A stretch of DNA of 63,997 bases, filler included. It is 5 parts of 5 records of this genome, joined end to end, with 100 filler letters (N's around TTAATTAATTAA, not from the genome) between each part and the next. Parts side by side here need not be neighbours in the genome. Positions count along the whole stretch, not along the records: positions 1 to 13,040 come from SRR31156797_8334; positions 13,141 to 24,803 come from SRR31156797_8337; 3 more parts are not named here. The stretch is one strand, 5' to 3'. Below the pieces are notes generated by a model that searched no databases, was not told where the DNA came from, and saw only the letters and a list, made by a program, of their open reading frames with translations. Below are positions 8,920-18,717 of the stretch, in pieces (position 1 is the stretch's first letter; each line of letters starts with the position of its first letter). The translations under genes were made by a program, and so were the position numbers.

Positions 8920-11208
8920 TCACTGAGGAATTGTGAACCATATTCTGGTCCCTTCACCCACTTTACTCTCCAGACCGATGCTGCCACCATGCATCTCAAT
9001 AAGCTCTTTTACCAGAGCAAGCCCTATGCCTACACCACCATATTTACGTGCATGGGACCAGTTAAGTTGGACGAACGGATCGAACAACTGTTCCTGTTCC
9101 TCATCAGGGATGCCAATGCCAGTATCTGTAACTAACACATACAGTTCATGTCCATTCCGGTCAATTACAACTTTTATAGAACCATTTTCATGAGTGAATT
9201 TTATAGAATTGCCAATCAGATGATGAAGAATTATTTTGAACTTGGAAACATCGGCATAGACACCATCTATATTCTTTCCGATTTCAAACACAAGTGATAT
9301 TCCTTTTTTAGAAGCAGGTGTTCTTATTATCTTATCCATATACTCAATTATCGAAGGCAAATCGAACTTGGATATATTGATTTCCCAGTCACCAGCCTCT
9401 ATCTCAGCAATGTATATGAGTGAATTTACTATTTCCAGAAGATTGGACCCGGCATCTTTTACACTATTTGCGTACTTTCTCTGCTTCTCATTCAGTTCTC
9501 CTGACATCTCACTTAACAAAACATCAGAATAACCAATCACAATGTTTAATGGTGTACGCAATTCATGACTGATATTTGACACAAACTCAGTCTTTGATTT
9601 GGATGCATCCTCAGCAAGCATCTTAGCTTCTATCAGCAATTTTTCAGTCTTTTTACGCTCTGTAGTATCAACACAGATTCCAAGGATAGCCTCATTAATC
9701 AAAACACTTGCTACCAGCATGTAAAACCGGGTGCCATCTTTTTTAATGAACAAATACTCATCAGCCGGTTTCTCTCCATCAAACAACTTCCTTATGTTCT
9801 CAGCTGCCAGATCCCAGGATTCTGGTGCACAAATATCAGTGATTTTCATATTTGTGAGTTCTTCCCGCGAGTAACCAGTAATAGCACATGCTGCCGGATT
9901 GACATCTACATAGTTTCCTTTGAAATCTGCTGCAAAAATAGGATATGGAGAATTGTCAACATAAGTACGATATTTTTCCTCACTTTCCTTGAGAAGAGAC
10001 TGAGATTTCTTCATTTCTGATATATCCAGAACATTACCCACATAATACAACGGAGTACCATGTTCATCAAAGATCAGATTTGCACGTAGCAAAGCCCACA
10101 CAAGATGACCATCTTTGTGTAAATAGCGTTTTTCCATCTGTATGGTGTTCAGTTCTCCGGCTACCAGTCTGTTCTGTTGATCAATGTTAGCCGGGAGATC
10201 TTCGTAATAACTTATTTCCCTGAGAGATTTTCCTATCAATTCATCTTCAGTGTATCCAAGCATACTGCAAAATGCATCATTTGCCTGTTCTATTATTTTA
10301 TCATTCACAGACATCTGGACAATTCCGATACCGCTTGATTCATACATTGTCCTGAAAAGTGCTTCACTTTCATGAATTAAAGATTCGGCTTTTTTTTGCT
10401 TGGAAATGTCTGCCACTATGCCTGCTGCATATCTAACCTTGTCAGAATCATCCCTGACAACACTTGAATATACTTTGACCCACACAAGATGTCCATCTTT
10501 GTGTACATACCTTTTTTCGATTTCATATGAGTTTATCTCACCTGACAGGACACGAGAAATCAATATATTTTCACGTGATGCATCGGCATGGTATGTCAGT
10601 TTTCTGAACCTTAATGACTTCAGTTCATCCCGATTATAACCCACAATATTACAGAACCTATCATTTACTTTTTGGAAATACCCGTCCACACCCACCTGAA
10701 CAATTCCCACTGCAAACTGTTCAAAATTAATACCGAAAAGGAACTTTTCATCGCGTTCAGAATGTCTGGACAGAACATTCTTATCCTGACTAGTCTCTTT
10801 TTTAAGCTTGCTATGTTTATCCATCAGGCATGGGAAATTTTCCCTCTTTTCTAGAAAGGCATTCAAGTAAGCGACCATTGTAGTAGTGTCAAAAGGTTCT
10901 TCAAAATAGTCATCTGCACCAGACTCAATTAGTCTCACTTTAGAGTCCCTGCAAAATTGAGGACCTGTGAATACAACCGGTATAAAATGGTATTTCTCAG
11001 AGAACTTGATCTGTTGACACACTTCATATGCCTTTGAGTCAGTAATAGGCTCATCAATTATAATAATGTCCGGAATCAGATTTTCAAACCTTGAATAGAT
11101 GGAATTGCATAGATTTACCTCAACCACTTCAAAATCACGTTCAATAATACTCTTCACTGAACTGTTATCAACAGGTTCGTTTTTAAGTAAAAATATTATT
11201 GGTTTCAA
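8920..11208 (-). CDS. Sensor histidine kinase: receiver-like domain, 3 PAS/PAC, HisKA, HATPase
   Basis: PAS repeats (EKRYVHKDGHLVWV; EKRYLHKDGHLVWA), H-box SHELRTPLN, DTGIGI, GVGIGLAL; TTG start. Confidence 0.88.
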   Translation of the reverse strand: MKPIIFLLKNEPVDNSSVKSIIERDFEVVEVNLCNSIYSRFENLIPDIIIIDEPITDSKAYEVCQQIKFSEKYHFIPVVFTGPQFCRDSKVRLIESGADDYFEEPFDTTTMVAYLNAFLEKRENFPCLMDKHSKLKKETSQDKNVLSRHSERDEKFLFGINFEQFAVGIVQVGVDGYFQKVNDRFCNIVGYNRDELKSLRFRKLTYHADASRENILISRVLSGEINSYEIEKRYVHKDGHLVWVKVYSSVVRDDSDKVRYAAGIVADISKQKKAESLIHESEALFRTMYESSGIGIVQMSVNDKIIEQANDAFCSMLGYTEDELIGKSLREISYYEDLPANIDQQNRLVAGELNTIQMEKRYLHKDGHLVWALLRANLIFDEHGTPLYYVGNVLDISEMKKSQSLLKESEEKYRTYVDNSPYPIFAADFKGNYVDVNPAACAITGYSREELTNMKITDICAPESWDLAAENIRKLFDGEKPADEYLFIKKDGTRFYMLVASVLINEAILGICVDTTERKKTEKLLIEAKMLAEDASKSKTEFVSNISHELRTPLNIVIGYSDVLLSEMSGELNEKQRKYANSVKDAGSNLLEIVNSLIYIAEIEAGDWEINISKFDLPSIIEYMDKIIRTPASKKGISLVFEIGKNIDGVYADVSKFKIILHHLIGNSIKFTHENGSIKVVIDRNGHELYVLVTDTGIGIPDEEQEQLFDPFVQLNWSHARKYGGVGIGLALVKELIEMHGGSIGLESKVGEGTRIWFTIPQ

Positions 11209-11432
11209 GTTACTACCATTCCCACAGGTTGAATATACAGACGCAGTATATTTTATAGGAGTATCTTATATAAAAATACATCTTCAATGTACTTCAATAA
11301 ATAATCAAGCTTCAAGGAAATTAGTATGCTCAAAATCTAATTAATCTTTTCATGTACTGCACAAAATTGCTTAAAATCAACCACTTTGCAGTTAAGTATT
11401 TACATACTCCAGACAATGACACAATTGAGAAC

Positions 11433-12086
11433 ATGTACGATGATGAAATAGAAGTAGTATGCCCATCGTGCTCACCAAAAATCAGTGTGCTGCATGATGT
11501 TTTAAAAACAGGGCAAAACCCGGTTGTCCAGTGTCAGGATTGTGGAAATGTCCATCCGACCAAAATTGAAAAAGAAAAAACATTTAAGATTAAGGTGATC
11601 ATCAGCAAAGGAGAAAAATCTTTTACACAATCAACTCTGATGACATCTGAAGATGAAGTAGCAATTGAAGATGAAATAATTGTAGATGATGGGGAATCTG
11701 ATGAAGTTCACCCTATTATAATAACTGCCATTGAATCTGGAGAGCAGAGACTCAAAATAGCAAAGGCTTCACAAATAGACACGATATGGGGAAGGGCTAT
11801 TGACGAAGTTGTTGTTAAAATTGCCGTCCACATGGGAAAAAGTACGGAAGCACTTGAAAAAAGAGTGCCCGGTGGATATGAATTTATAATTGGCAGAGAA
11901 GAAACTGTGGGTAAAACCAAAGTAAAAATCAGGAAGATAAAAATCAGGGATAGCAGCCTGGAGTCACGCACAGGAACAGCAATTCAGGCAAAATTCATCA
12001 AAAGGATATTTGCAGAAGAAGTTGTCAGAAAAGGATGGGGAGATGGAAAAACTCAATGGAGTATGAGAGGGAAAGGTCGCTATTGA
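11433..12086 (+). CDS. Archaeal Zn-finger protein (HVO_0476-like)
   Basis: CPSC..CQDCGNVH at N-terminus; overlaps the pcm start. Confidence 0.72.
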   Translation: MYDDEIEVVCPSCSPKISVLHDVLKTGQNPVVQCQDCGNVHPTKIEKEKTFKIKVIISKGEKSFTQSTLMTSEDEVAIEDEIIVDDGESDEVHPIIITAIESGEQRLKIAKASQIDTIWGRAIDEVVVKIAVHMGKSTEALEKRVPGGYEFIIGREETVGKTKVKIRKIKIRDSSLESRTGTAIQAKFIKRIFAEEVVRKGWGDGKTQWSMRGKGRY

Positions 12087-12724
12087 TTAGAGGCCTTCGG
12101 GAACAGAGAATTACCGAAAAAACCCTTGAAGCGATGAAGAAGGTACCAAGACATCTTTTTGTACCTTCCGTCCACGCATCACATGCCTATGTGGACAGTC
12201 CGTTGACAATAGGACATGCGCAGACAATATCAGCACCGCACATGGTTGCCATGATGTGTGATCTTCTTGAACTTGAAGAAGGACAGAAAGTGCTCGAAAT
12301 CGGTGCAGGTTCAGGATACAATGCAGCCGTAATGGCAGAAATCATTGGTCAGAAAGGACATATTTATTCTATTGAACGCATTGAAAAACTGGCAAGCTTT
12401 GCACGTGAAAACCTGGAAAATACAGGATATTCCAATGTTGAAATCATACTAGGAGATGGTTCCCTTGGGCTTCCGGAACAAGCACCCTATGAACGGATAG
12501 CTGTTACAGCTTCAGCGCCTGAAACTCCGGAACCTCTTGTTGAACAACTAAAGCCCGGAGGGATCATGGTACTGCCTGAAGGGGAAAGTTACCAGCGCCT
12601 GTATATAATCAGGAAATCCCTTGACGGTGAGGTTACGAAACAGGATTGGGGAGGAGTTATTTTCGTTCCGCTGATAGGACAACATGGATTTAACCTGTAT
12701 GACAGTCACCGCGGACAGAAGTAA
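12056..12724 (+). CDS. pcm: Protein-L-isoaspartate O-methyltransferase
   Basis: VPRHLFV, QTISAPHMVA, VLEIGAGSGYNAA, GDGSLG, FVPLIG. Confidence 0.93.
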   Translation: MEYERERSLLIRGLREQRITEKTLEAMKKVPRHLFVPSVHASHAYVDSPLTIGHAQTISAPHMVAMMCDLLELEEGQKVLEIGAGSGYNAAVMAEIIGQKGHIYSIERIEKLASFARENLENTGYSNVEIILGDGSLGLPEQAPYERIAVTASAPETPEPLVEQLKPGGIMVLPEGESYQRLYIIRKSLDGEVTKQDWGGVIFVPLIGQHGFNLYDSHRGQK

Positions 12725-12808
12725 AGGCTGTTAACTGCGAAACTACTTTTAATATTATGTACATTGAGCGAACGCATTCTAATTATTAGCTTACGGTGTG
12801 AAAGAACT

Positions 12809-13040
12809 ATGTCCTCAGGAAATGAAAAATGGCAATTCTGGATAGACAGGGGAGGAACATTCACGGATATTGTTGCCCGCAGACCCGATGGAAAGCTCCT
12901 TGCCCATAAGCTTCTGTCTGTTGATCCGGAACACTATGATGATGCTGCAATGTATGGAATAAGAACCATACTTGGAATCAGAACTGAGGACACAGTTCCC
13001 ACAGAAATAATATCTTCTATAAAAATGGGAACGACAGTTG
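12809..13040 (+). CDS. 5-oxoprolinase/hydantoinase, N-terminal fragment cut by contig end
   Basis: WQFWIDRGGTFTDIVA..KLLS..IKMGTTV. Confidence 0.85.
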
Positions 13041-13140
13041 NNNNNNNNNNNNNNNNNNNNNNNNNNNNNNNNNNNNNNNNNNNNTTAATTAATTAANNNN
13101 NNNNNNNNNNNNNNNNNNNNNNNNNNNNNNNNNNNNNNNN
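13041..13140. other. Artificial contig spacer (N run with TTAATTAATTAA)
   Basis: Identical 100-nt linker at all four junctions. Confidence 0.99.
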
Positions 13141-13149
13141 GGTGGAGAG

Positions 13150-13216
13150 AATTAACAAAACCACGCGAAAGATTGGCTTCGCCGAGCTCCCTTTGGTCGG
13201 TTGGCGCGGCAGCGGG
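13150..13216. repeat. REP-like dispersed element (AATTAACAAARCCACGCGA...CGCGGCAGCG)
   Basis: Same two flanks recur at about 20181-20217. Confidence 0.5.
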
Positions 13217-13287
13217 ATAAGAATTAGAGGCTTAGCAACTATAATTCAATTGGAATTATTTAACTTGGCGGTTGAAAATTTTTACCA

Positions 13288-14403
13288 ATGGCTCCCAACA
13301 TTAACCAACGACATTTTGGTCTGGATCTGATTCGTGCTTTGGCCATACTTAGTGTGGTATTTGGACACAGCATGTTTATCCTAAAACCCATTTTTCCAGC
13401 CATAACTTCATTTCCGTATTTACGCGGAGTGGATGTGTTTTTTGTGTTAAGTGGTTATTTAATTGGGACGCGCTTTCTTCAACAAAATCAGAAAGATAAG
13501 GGGTTAAATATTGCTTATGGAAATCGGTTTCTGAAACATGCTGCATGGCGTATTTTGCCCATGTATTTCTTGTTTTTACTCATTAACCTCGTCACCGGAT
13601 TCATTCTTTTTCCCGAGGAGCTAACTACAAGCCGCGTGCTGCCTACGTTTTTCTTTCTGCAAAACGTTTATTCTCCACACATCGGATTCTTTTGGGAGTC
13701 GTGGAGTTTGCCTATCACAGTCTGGTTCTATGTGTTGCTCACATTTGGTTTTATCTGGATTGGTCGCAAATTTCAACCGCGTCAAATCAAGTTCCGGCTT
13801 TTACTTTTTATCATTCTTATTTTACTCATTCCCCTGATTATTAGAATATATATTCACCTTACTGCAACACTTGATTTTTTCTGGTGGGATGTGAAAATCC
13901 GGAAGTTTTTACCGACCCGCATGGATGCTCCGTTCTATGGGTTTTTGGCAGCATGGATTCGTTTTTATTATCCCAAATGGTTTAAATCCCTTCGCATTCC
14001 GGGATTCTTAATTGCGGTTGGTTTATATCTCTGGTATTACTTGTACACGCCTGATGCTGGCACAATCGGAAAGGATATTGTTTATTTAATCACCAGCCCG
14101 TTAACCTACGCATTGCTTCTGCCAACATTTATGTATCTCAAAAGGGCTCCTGCCTTTATGGCCAAACCTATTACATTCATTAGCCTTGTTTCCTATGCGC
14201 TCTATTTGGTTAATTTGTTGTTTGCCGTAATTTTTGAAAAGACCGGGGTTTTCGAATATTTCAATGCTGTTAACGGGTACCTGTTTTATTGGGTGGTTAC
14301 CTTCTTCACAGCCTGGTTCTTTTATAATTTTTATGAAATCAAGATCAGGAAGCAATTTGACAAGTGGAAAAAAAGCGGAATTACTTTCAAGCTTAAAAAC
14401 TAA
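13288..14403 (+). CDS. Acyltransferase-3 (OafA-like) membrane O-acyltransferase
   Basis: GLDLIRALAILSVVFGH, GVDVFFVLSGYLI, WSL, SYALYL; multi-TM. Confidence 0.85.
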   Translation: MAPNINQRHFGLDLIRALAILSVVFGHSMFILKPIFPAITSFPYLRGVDVFFVLSGYLIGTRFLQQNQKDKGLNIAYGNRFLKHAAWRILPMYFLFLLINLVTGFILFPEELTTSRVLPTFFFLQNVYSPHIGFFWESWSLPITVWFYVLLTFGFIWIGRKFQPRQIKFRLLLFIILILLIPLIIRIYIHLTATLDFFWWDVKIRKFLPTRMDAPFYGFLAAWIRFYYPKWFKSLRIPGFLIAVGLYLWYYLYTPDAGTIGKDIVYLITSPLTYALLLPTFMYLKRAPAFMAKPITFISLVSYALYLVNLLFAVIFEKTGVFEYFNAVNGYLFYWVVTFFTAWFFYNFYEIKIRKQFDKWKKSGITFKLKN

Positions 14404-15089
14404 ATGTTCAACTTATCGTGAAAAGCTTGTTTGTAAGATGATCCTATGGGAATTTGGGTTTCCCCTACCACAATCATATTGCCCTCAATTAATTCAATTT
14501 TCGAAATAGCAACAGCGTGGGATTTATGCACGCGTACAAATTGATTGGATGGCAGTCTGTCCATAATATTCTGAAACCGATCCAGCACCATAATGGATTT
14601 GCTTCTATAATAAATGCGGACATAATCGCCCATGGCCTCCAAATGGGAAATGCTATCCAGGTCGATTCTGAAAATTTTACGGTCGGCTTTGAATAGCATA
14701 TATTCGCTCTCATGACCTGTACGCTGCTCCTGGTTAATGATTTGAATGGCTCTTGACACAGCTTTCATAAACCGCTCATAGGGAAAGGGCTTTAGTAAAT
14801 AATCTACCGCAGCCAACTCAAATCCCTCAACCGCAAACTCCGGATAAGCTGTGGTGAAAATGACAAAGGGCGGTTTATCCAACGATTTATAAAACTGAAT
14901 GCCATTAATCTCCGGCATATTGATGTCTAGAAAAAGCAAGTCAACCTTCTTTTGGCTAAGCAGTTCAGTGGCTTCAATGGCATTTTTACATTCACCCACC
15001 ACCTCTAACAAGCTGCTTTGCTGTATATAATCCAACAACAATTCCCTTGAAACCGGTTCGTCATCAATTATGGCGCATTTCACTTTCAT
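14400..15089 (-). CDS. LytTR-family response regulator
   Basis: IIDDEP, FLDINMP, FTTAY, DYLLKP, FVRVHKS. Confidence 0.93.
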   Translation of the reverse strand: MKVKCAIIDDEPVSRELLLDYIQQSSLLEVVGECKNAIEATELLSQKKVDLLFLDINMPEINGIQFYKSLDKPPFVIFTTAYPEFAVEGFELAAVDYLLKPFPYERFMKAVSRAIQIINQEQRTGHESEYMLFKADRKIFRIDLDSISHLEAMGDYVRIYYRSKSIMVLDRFQNIMDRLPSNQFVRVHKSHAVAISKIELIEGNMIVVGETQIPIGSSYKQAFHDKLNI

Positions 15090-16123
15090 ACTTCAATGGA
15101 TAGGTGAACTTTAAATTTGTCTTTTTCTTTAGCTATTTCAAATGTATGATTTCCCGGATAAATAAGCTCAAGTCTTTGGCGAATATTATTTAATCCGCTG
15201 CCCTTTACAGAATCATGCTGCACCTGATCTTCTCCAATACTATTGGTTATTTCAAATTCAATGTTGTTGGTTTCAGTACGCAACAGTATTTTGATCCAGC
15301 CATTCCGGATGTTTCCTTTTATGCCATGCTTGTATGCATTTTCAACCAATGGCAATAATAATAACGGTGCGATTTCTATATTTAGGTCTATTTGCTTTTC
15401 AAACTCAACCATTGCTTCCTTCTCCAGGCGGTAATTTTGCAGGGCAATGTACTTTTCAATTAATGTAACCTCATCTGATATTTCAATGGTTTTTTCTTTG
15501 GCATCATACGTGATAAAACGCATTATGTCAGATAATTGAATCACTGCATCTGAAGTTTTTTCATGGTTTTTGCGGGCCAGGGAATAGATTACATTCAGGC
15601 TATTAAACAGGAAATGCGGGTCAAGGTGCGATTTCAACATTTTCATTTCTGCTTCCACTTTTTCCTTTTCAATTTGCGCCAGTTTTCTTTTGCTTTCAAG
15701 CAGATGAAACCACTCTTTGGAAAGCTTCAATACGGTTGTCACAAATAAGAAGGCAAGGAAGAACACCACAATTTCAGTTAACGCATAATATGAAATGAAA
15801 TAGTACCCTGGAAAAACATAATCTATAAAATCTTTGAACAAATAATAGTTAAACGCCGACCCCAACACGATTAATCCCGCGACAAAAAGCATATACCAAA
15901 GGCCTTTTCTCCTGCTTAGCAGCCTGGGTACCATAACCCATAGGTTCAGGTAGACCGGAATGAGCAGTGTAAACATGAAAATTCCGGTATACAAATAATC
16001 AACTTTGGTATAATGATCTTCGTAAGCGAATATTTCAATGAGCACGAAGAATGCAAGCACCCAGAAGGCCACGTGCTGCATCAATCTTACAAATCGATTA
16101 TTTTGTGCAATAAACTTGTTCAT
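15086..16123 (-). CDS. LytS-family sensor histidine kinase
   Basis: 4 TMs, LKSHLDPHFLFNSLN, PLVENAYKHG, GSGLNNIRQRL. Confidence 0.92.
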   Translation of the reverse strand: MNKFIAQNNRFVRLMQHVAFWVLAFFVLIEIFAYEDHYTKVDYLYTGIFMFTLLIPVYLNLWVMVPRLLSRRKGLWYMLFVAGLIVLGSAFNYYLFKDFIDYVFPGYYFISYYALTEIVVFFLAFLFVTTVLKLSKEWFHLLESKRKLAQIEKEKVEAEMKMLKSHLDPHFLFNSLNVIYSLARKNHEKTSDAVIQLSDIMRFITYDAKEKTIEISDEVTLIEKYIALQNYRLEKEAMVEFEKQIDLNIEIAPLLLLPLVENAYKHGIKGNIRNGWIKILLRTETNNIEFEITNSIGEDQVQHDSVKGSGLNNIRQRLELIYPGNHTFEIAKEKDKFKVHLSIEV

Positions 16124-16710
16124 TATTTACGCTTTAGGGTTGTTGGGTCGTCAAACAGCTCGGGATCATCCGCATATTTGATAATGAATTTCTGTAATTC
16201 CTCGGTTGGCGCTGTCAAAAGCATATTCCCGTCCGAGACTTCGTGTTTAATACGGATCTTTCTTTGTTCCAAAAGCTTCATAATGCGACGGGCATCAAAT
16301 CCGGTGACAACCAATGAATCGTTATAAATCTTAACTTTTGTAAAAGTGTGCACCGGAAACAGTGTTGACTCTGCCAAATCGTTGTCCATCTCAAAATGAT
16401 GCATAAAGAAATCAAGGTAGTAATATTTATCCAGCTTCACCAAATGGACTTTAAATTCTGCGGGGTTTTTATCATGATACGTGGCGTAGTAAGTCATTAT
16501 GTTGGCCGTGTCTTGATTGCTGAATGGCATGTTGTTGATTGTGGCTTTATCAAATGAGAGTATAATGGAGTCTTCGGTGATCCATTCTCCCAAAAGGGTT
16601 TCATCATACACAAGGTCATCCTGGGTGTAGATGGGGTGCACTGAGGTAACACAACTTCCGAACAAAGCAGCTACTCCTAACATGAATACTAATTTTTTGA
16701 GTCTTTTCAT
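16123..16710 (-). CDS. Lipoprotein of unknown function, first gene of the LytS/LytTR operon
   Basis: MKRLKK..ALFGSC lipobox; stop overlaps the kinase ATG. Confidence 0.75.
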   Translation of the reverse strand: MKRLKKLVFMLGVAALFGSCVTSVHPIYTQDDLVYDETLLGEWITEDSIILSFDKATINNMPFSNQDTANIMTYYATYHDKNPAEFKVHLVKLDKYYYLDFFMHHFEMDNDLAESTLFPVHTFTKVKIYNDSLVVTGFDARRIMKLLEQRKIRIKHEVSDGNMLLTAPTEELQKFIIKYADDPELFDDPTTLKRK

Positions 16711-16768
16711 TTTTTCGAGTTTTAAAGGTTCGATACAAAGAAATACCCAAAAGGAGAGCTGTGCAATT

Positions 16769-16801
16769 TTTATCGTTGAACGGGGGAGGTTTATCGTTGA
16801 A
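16769..16801 (-). promoter_or_regulatory. Putative LytTR operator: two perfect 12-bp direct repeats, 21-bp period
   Basis: TTTATCGTTGAA at 16769-16780 and 16790-16801, about 60 nt upstream of the operon start. Confidence 0.7.
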
Positions 16802-16808
16802 TGAATTG

Positions 16809-16954
16809 TTTCACGCAAAGGGCGCAGAGAAAAATAAACGCAAAGGGCGCAAAGAGGGGGTTCACGCAAAGGGCGCAGAGAAAAGAAGACGCAAAGATCG
16901 CAACGAGTTTTTACTTTGCGATCTTTGCGTCTTCTTTGCGACCGTTGCGTGAAA
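16809..16954. repeat. CGCAAAG-based REP-like palindromic repeat cluster
   Basis: TTCACGCAAAGGGCGCAGAGAAAA twice; perfect 22-bp inverted repeat 16882-16903/16916-16937. Confidence 0.75.
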
Positions 16955-16959
16955 AAATA

Positions 16960-17637
16960 TTACTTCTTCCTTAAATAAATATTACCGCTAATGGTATTAA
17001 GATCAATGGGAAAGCCTCCACCATTTATTTCAGTATTTATTGAAGAAGCGAATTGATAAAATTTACTTTTTCCGGAGGTTTTAATATCAAAATCGGTATA
17101 CATATCGCCGGAAATGGTTTTCATGACCAAATCAAATTTTTGCTTGGCCTCCATTTTCATTTCAATATCGCCGCTTATGGTTTTTAATGCCAACGCATTG
17201 TTGAACTGCTCTACTTTGATGTTACCATTGATTGTTTTCAAGGCAACAGCCATTTTTTGTGGAACTTTTACTTTATAATTTATATCCAAATCAACTGTGC
17301 GTGAGTTATAAATGTATGTGTCTCCATCTTTATGGCGCACTTTCGTTTCTTCTCCAAGTTGGTCCAGGTCTTCAATTTCTGCTTCAATTATAATTTCATC
17401 GCCAATTTCTCTGAGCTCAAACTTGAATTTATCGTTATGCTTGTTATCGTCGATGTTCACAACAGCCTCTACAAACACTTCATCCTTGTTCCAGGTTTCA
17501 ATGGTTATGTCATCGGCAAATTGAAAATCGAGGGTGACTTTTTCTGCTTTTTTCGCATTTACATTTTGGGTAAATGTTTTCTGGGCTTGCATGTTCATCG
17601 ATACGACACATGCAAGAATTAGTAAAATATTCTTCAT
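16960..17637 (-). CDS. DUF4097/putative adhesin beta-repeat protein, secreted
   Basis: Signal peptide; repeated LKTINGNI/LKTISGDI/LNTISGNI. Confidence 0.75.
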   Translation of the reverse strand: MKNILLILACVVSMNMQAQKTFTQNVNAKKAEKVTLDFQFADDITIETWNKDEVFVEAVVNIDDNKHNDKFKFELREIGDEIIIEAEIEDLDQLGEETKVRHKDGDTYIYNSRTVDLDINYKVKVPQKMAVALKTINGNIKVEQFNNALALKTISGDIEMKMEAKQKFDLVMKTISGDMYTDFDIKTSGKSKFYQFASSINTEINGGGFPIDLNTISGNIYLRKK

Positions 17638-17697
17638 GGTTTTGGGTTTTATGGTTAGGTAAAAGGAATGCGCAGAGACTATTCTGCGCATTTTGTT

Positions 17698-18693
17698 TTA
17701 TTTTTTGCGTAAATAAATATTATCTGATAGGGCTTTTAGCATAATATCAACTCCGCCTCCATTAACGGTTCCTGAAATATTACTTCCTCCACCGATGTAG
17801 CGTAAGCCTTTGTTATCTTTTGCATCTTTGAATTTAATGTCAAAGTCGGTGTAAATGTCGCCATTCATGCTACTCAATTTCAAATTGGCTTTTGTGCTTG
17901 ATGGCATGGTAACATCAATTTCACCATTAAAAGAGGTAACTGTAATTGGTGCGCTCTGGCTCACAGATGAAAAGACGATGTTGATTGGACCACTCATTGA
18001 GTTTACCGTTAATGGCCCTGTTACATCTTTTAAACCGATTCCGTCATTCATGGTTTTAATTTCTAATTCTCCACTAAAGGAATTTACTTGTACAGCAATC
18101 GGAATTTCTCTTTTATTTGGTTTTAATGGCTTAGCTGGTTTGGCTGGTTTTTCTGCTCTGGCTTTTGCAATGGCTTTTGCTTTTTCAGCTTCTTCGCGAA
18201 TAATCAACACTTCATCTTTTAGCCTTGCAGCTTCATCAACAAGAACATCAACTTCTGTGGCTAAATCATATGCCTGAACTCCGTAAAAATACACTGACGG
18301 ATTATGATACATTTTGCTGTTATCAATTTTCACATCCATGCCTTTTGGAATTTTAAAGTAATAGGTAATTGGCTTACTTTGAACGCTCACAGAGGTAAAC
18401 TCATATGCTGTTCCTTTTTGAATCATGCTCAGTCCAATATTGGTATTATCAACGCCGTTGGCATTTATTTGCCTAAGACCTTTTGCCTTTTCTGGCAATT
18501 CCTTTTGCTCAAAGCCTTCAGCTTTTACTATAATTTGACTACCACTGTGTTCGCTGAGCACAATTTTTCCATAAACCTGTGTAATATTCACAAGCTTGGT
18601 TGATCCTTTATCTTGCTTAAATTCCTGGCCAATCAATTGGTTAGTTAAAATAAGCAGTATCGTTACTGTAATAAATTTTACTAAATTTTTCAT
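17698..18693 (-). CDS. DUF4097/putative adhesin beta-repeat protein, secreted
   Basis: Signal peptide; VNSMSGPI/VTSFNGEI/LSSMNGDI repeats; C-terminus (NGGG..NIYLRKK) paralogous to the neighbour. Confidence 0.75.
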   Translation of the reverse strand: MKNLVKFITVTILLILTNQLIGQEFKQDKGSTKLVNITQVYGKIVLSEHSGSQIIVKAEGFEQKELPEKAKGLRQINANGVDNTNIGLSMIQKGTAYEFTSVSVQSKPITYYFKIPKGMDVKIDNSKMYHNPSVYFYGVQAYDLATEVDVLVDEAARLKDEVLIIREEAEKAKAIAKARAEKPAKPAKPLKPNKREIPIAVQVNSFSGELEIKTMNDGIGLKDVTGPLTVNSMSGPINIVFSSVSQSAPITVTSFNGEIDVTMPSSTKANLKLSSMNGDIYTDFDIKFKDAKDNKGLRYIGGGSNISGTVNGGGVDIMLKALSDNIYLRKK

Positions 18694-18717
18694 TGTAATT
18701 TTATTTTGGGTTAAGGG

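Noticed and set aside
16711-16952. N-terminal extension of ORF 16123..16869 and ORF 16761..16952
   Set aside because: Both are translations of the operator and palindromic repeat
16809-16954. Possible CRISPR array
   Set aside because: No regular repeat-spacer periodicity and no cas genes; no CRISPR array seen anywhere in the window
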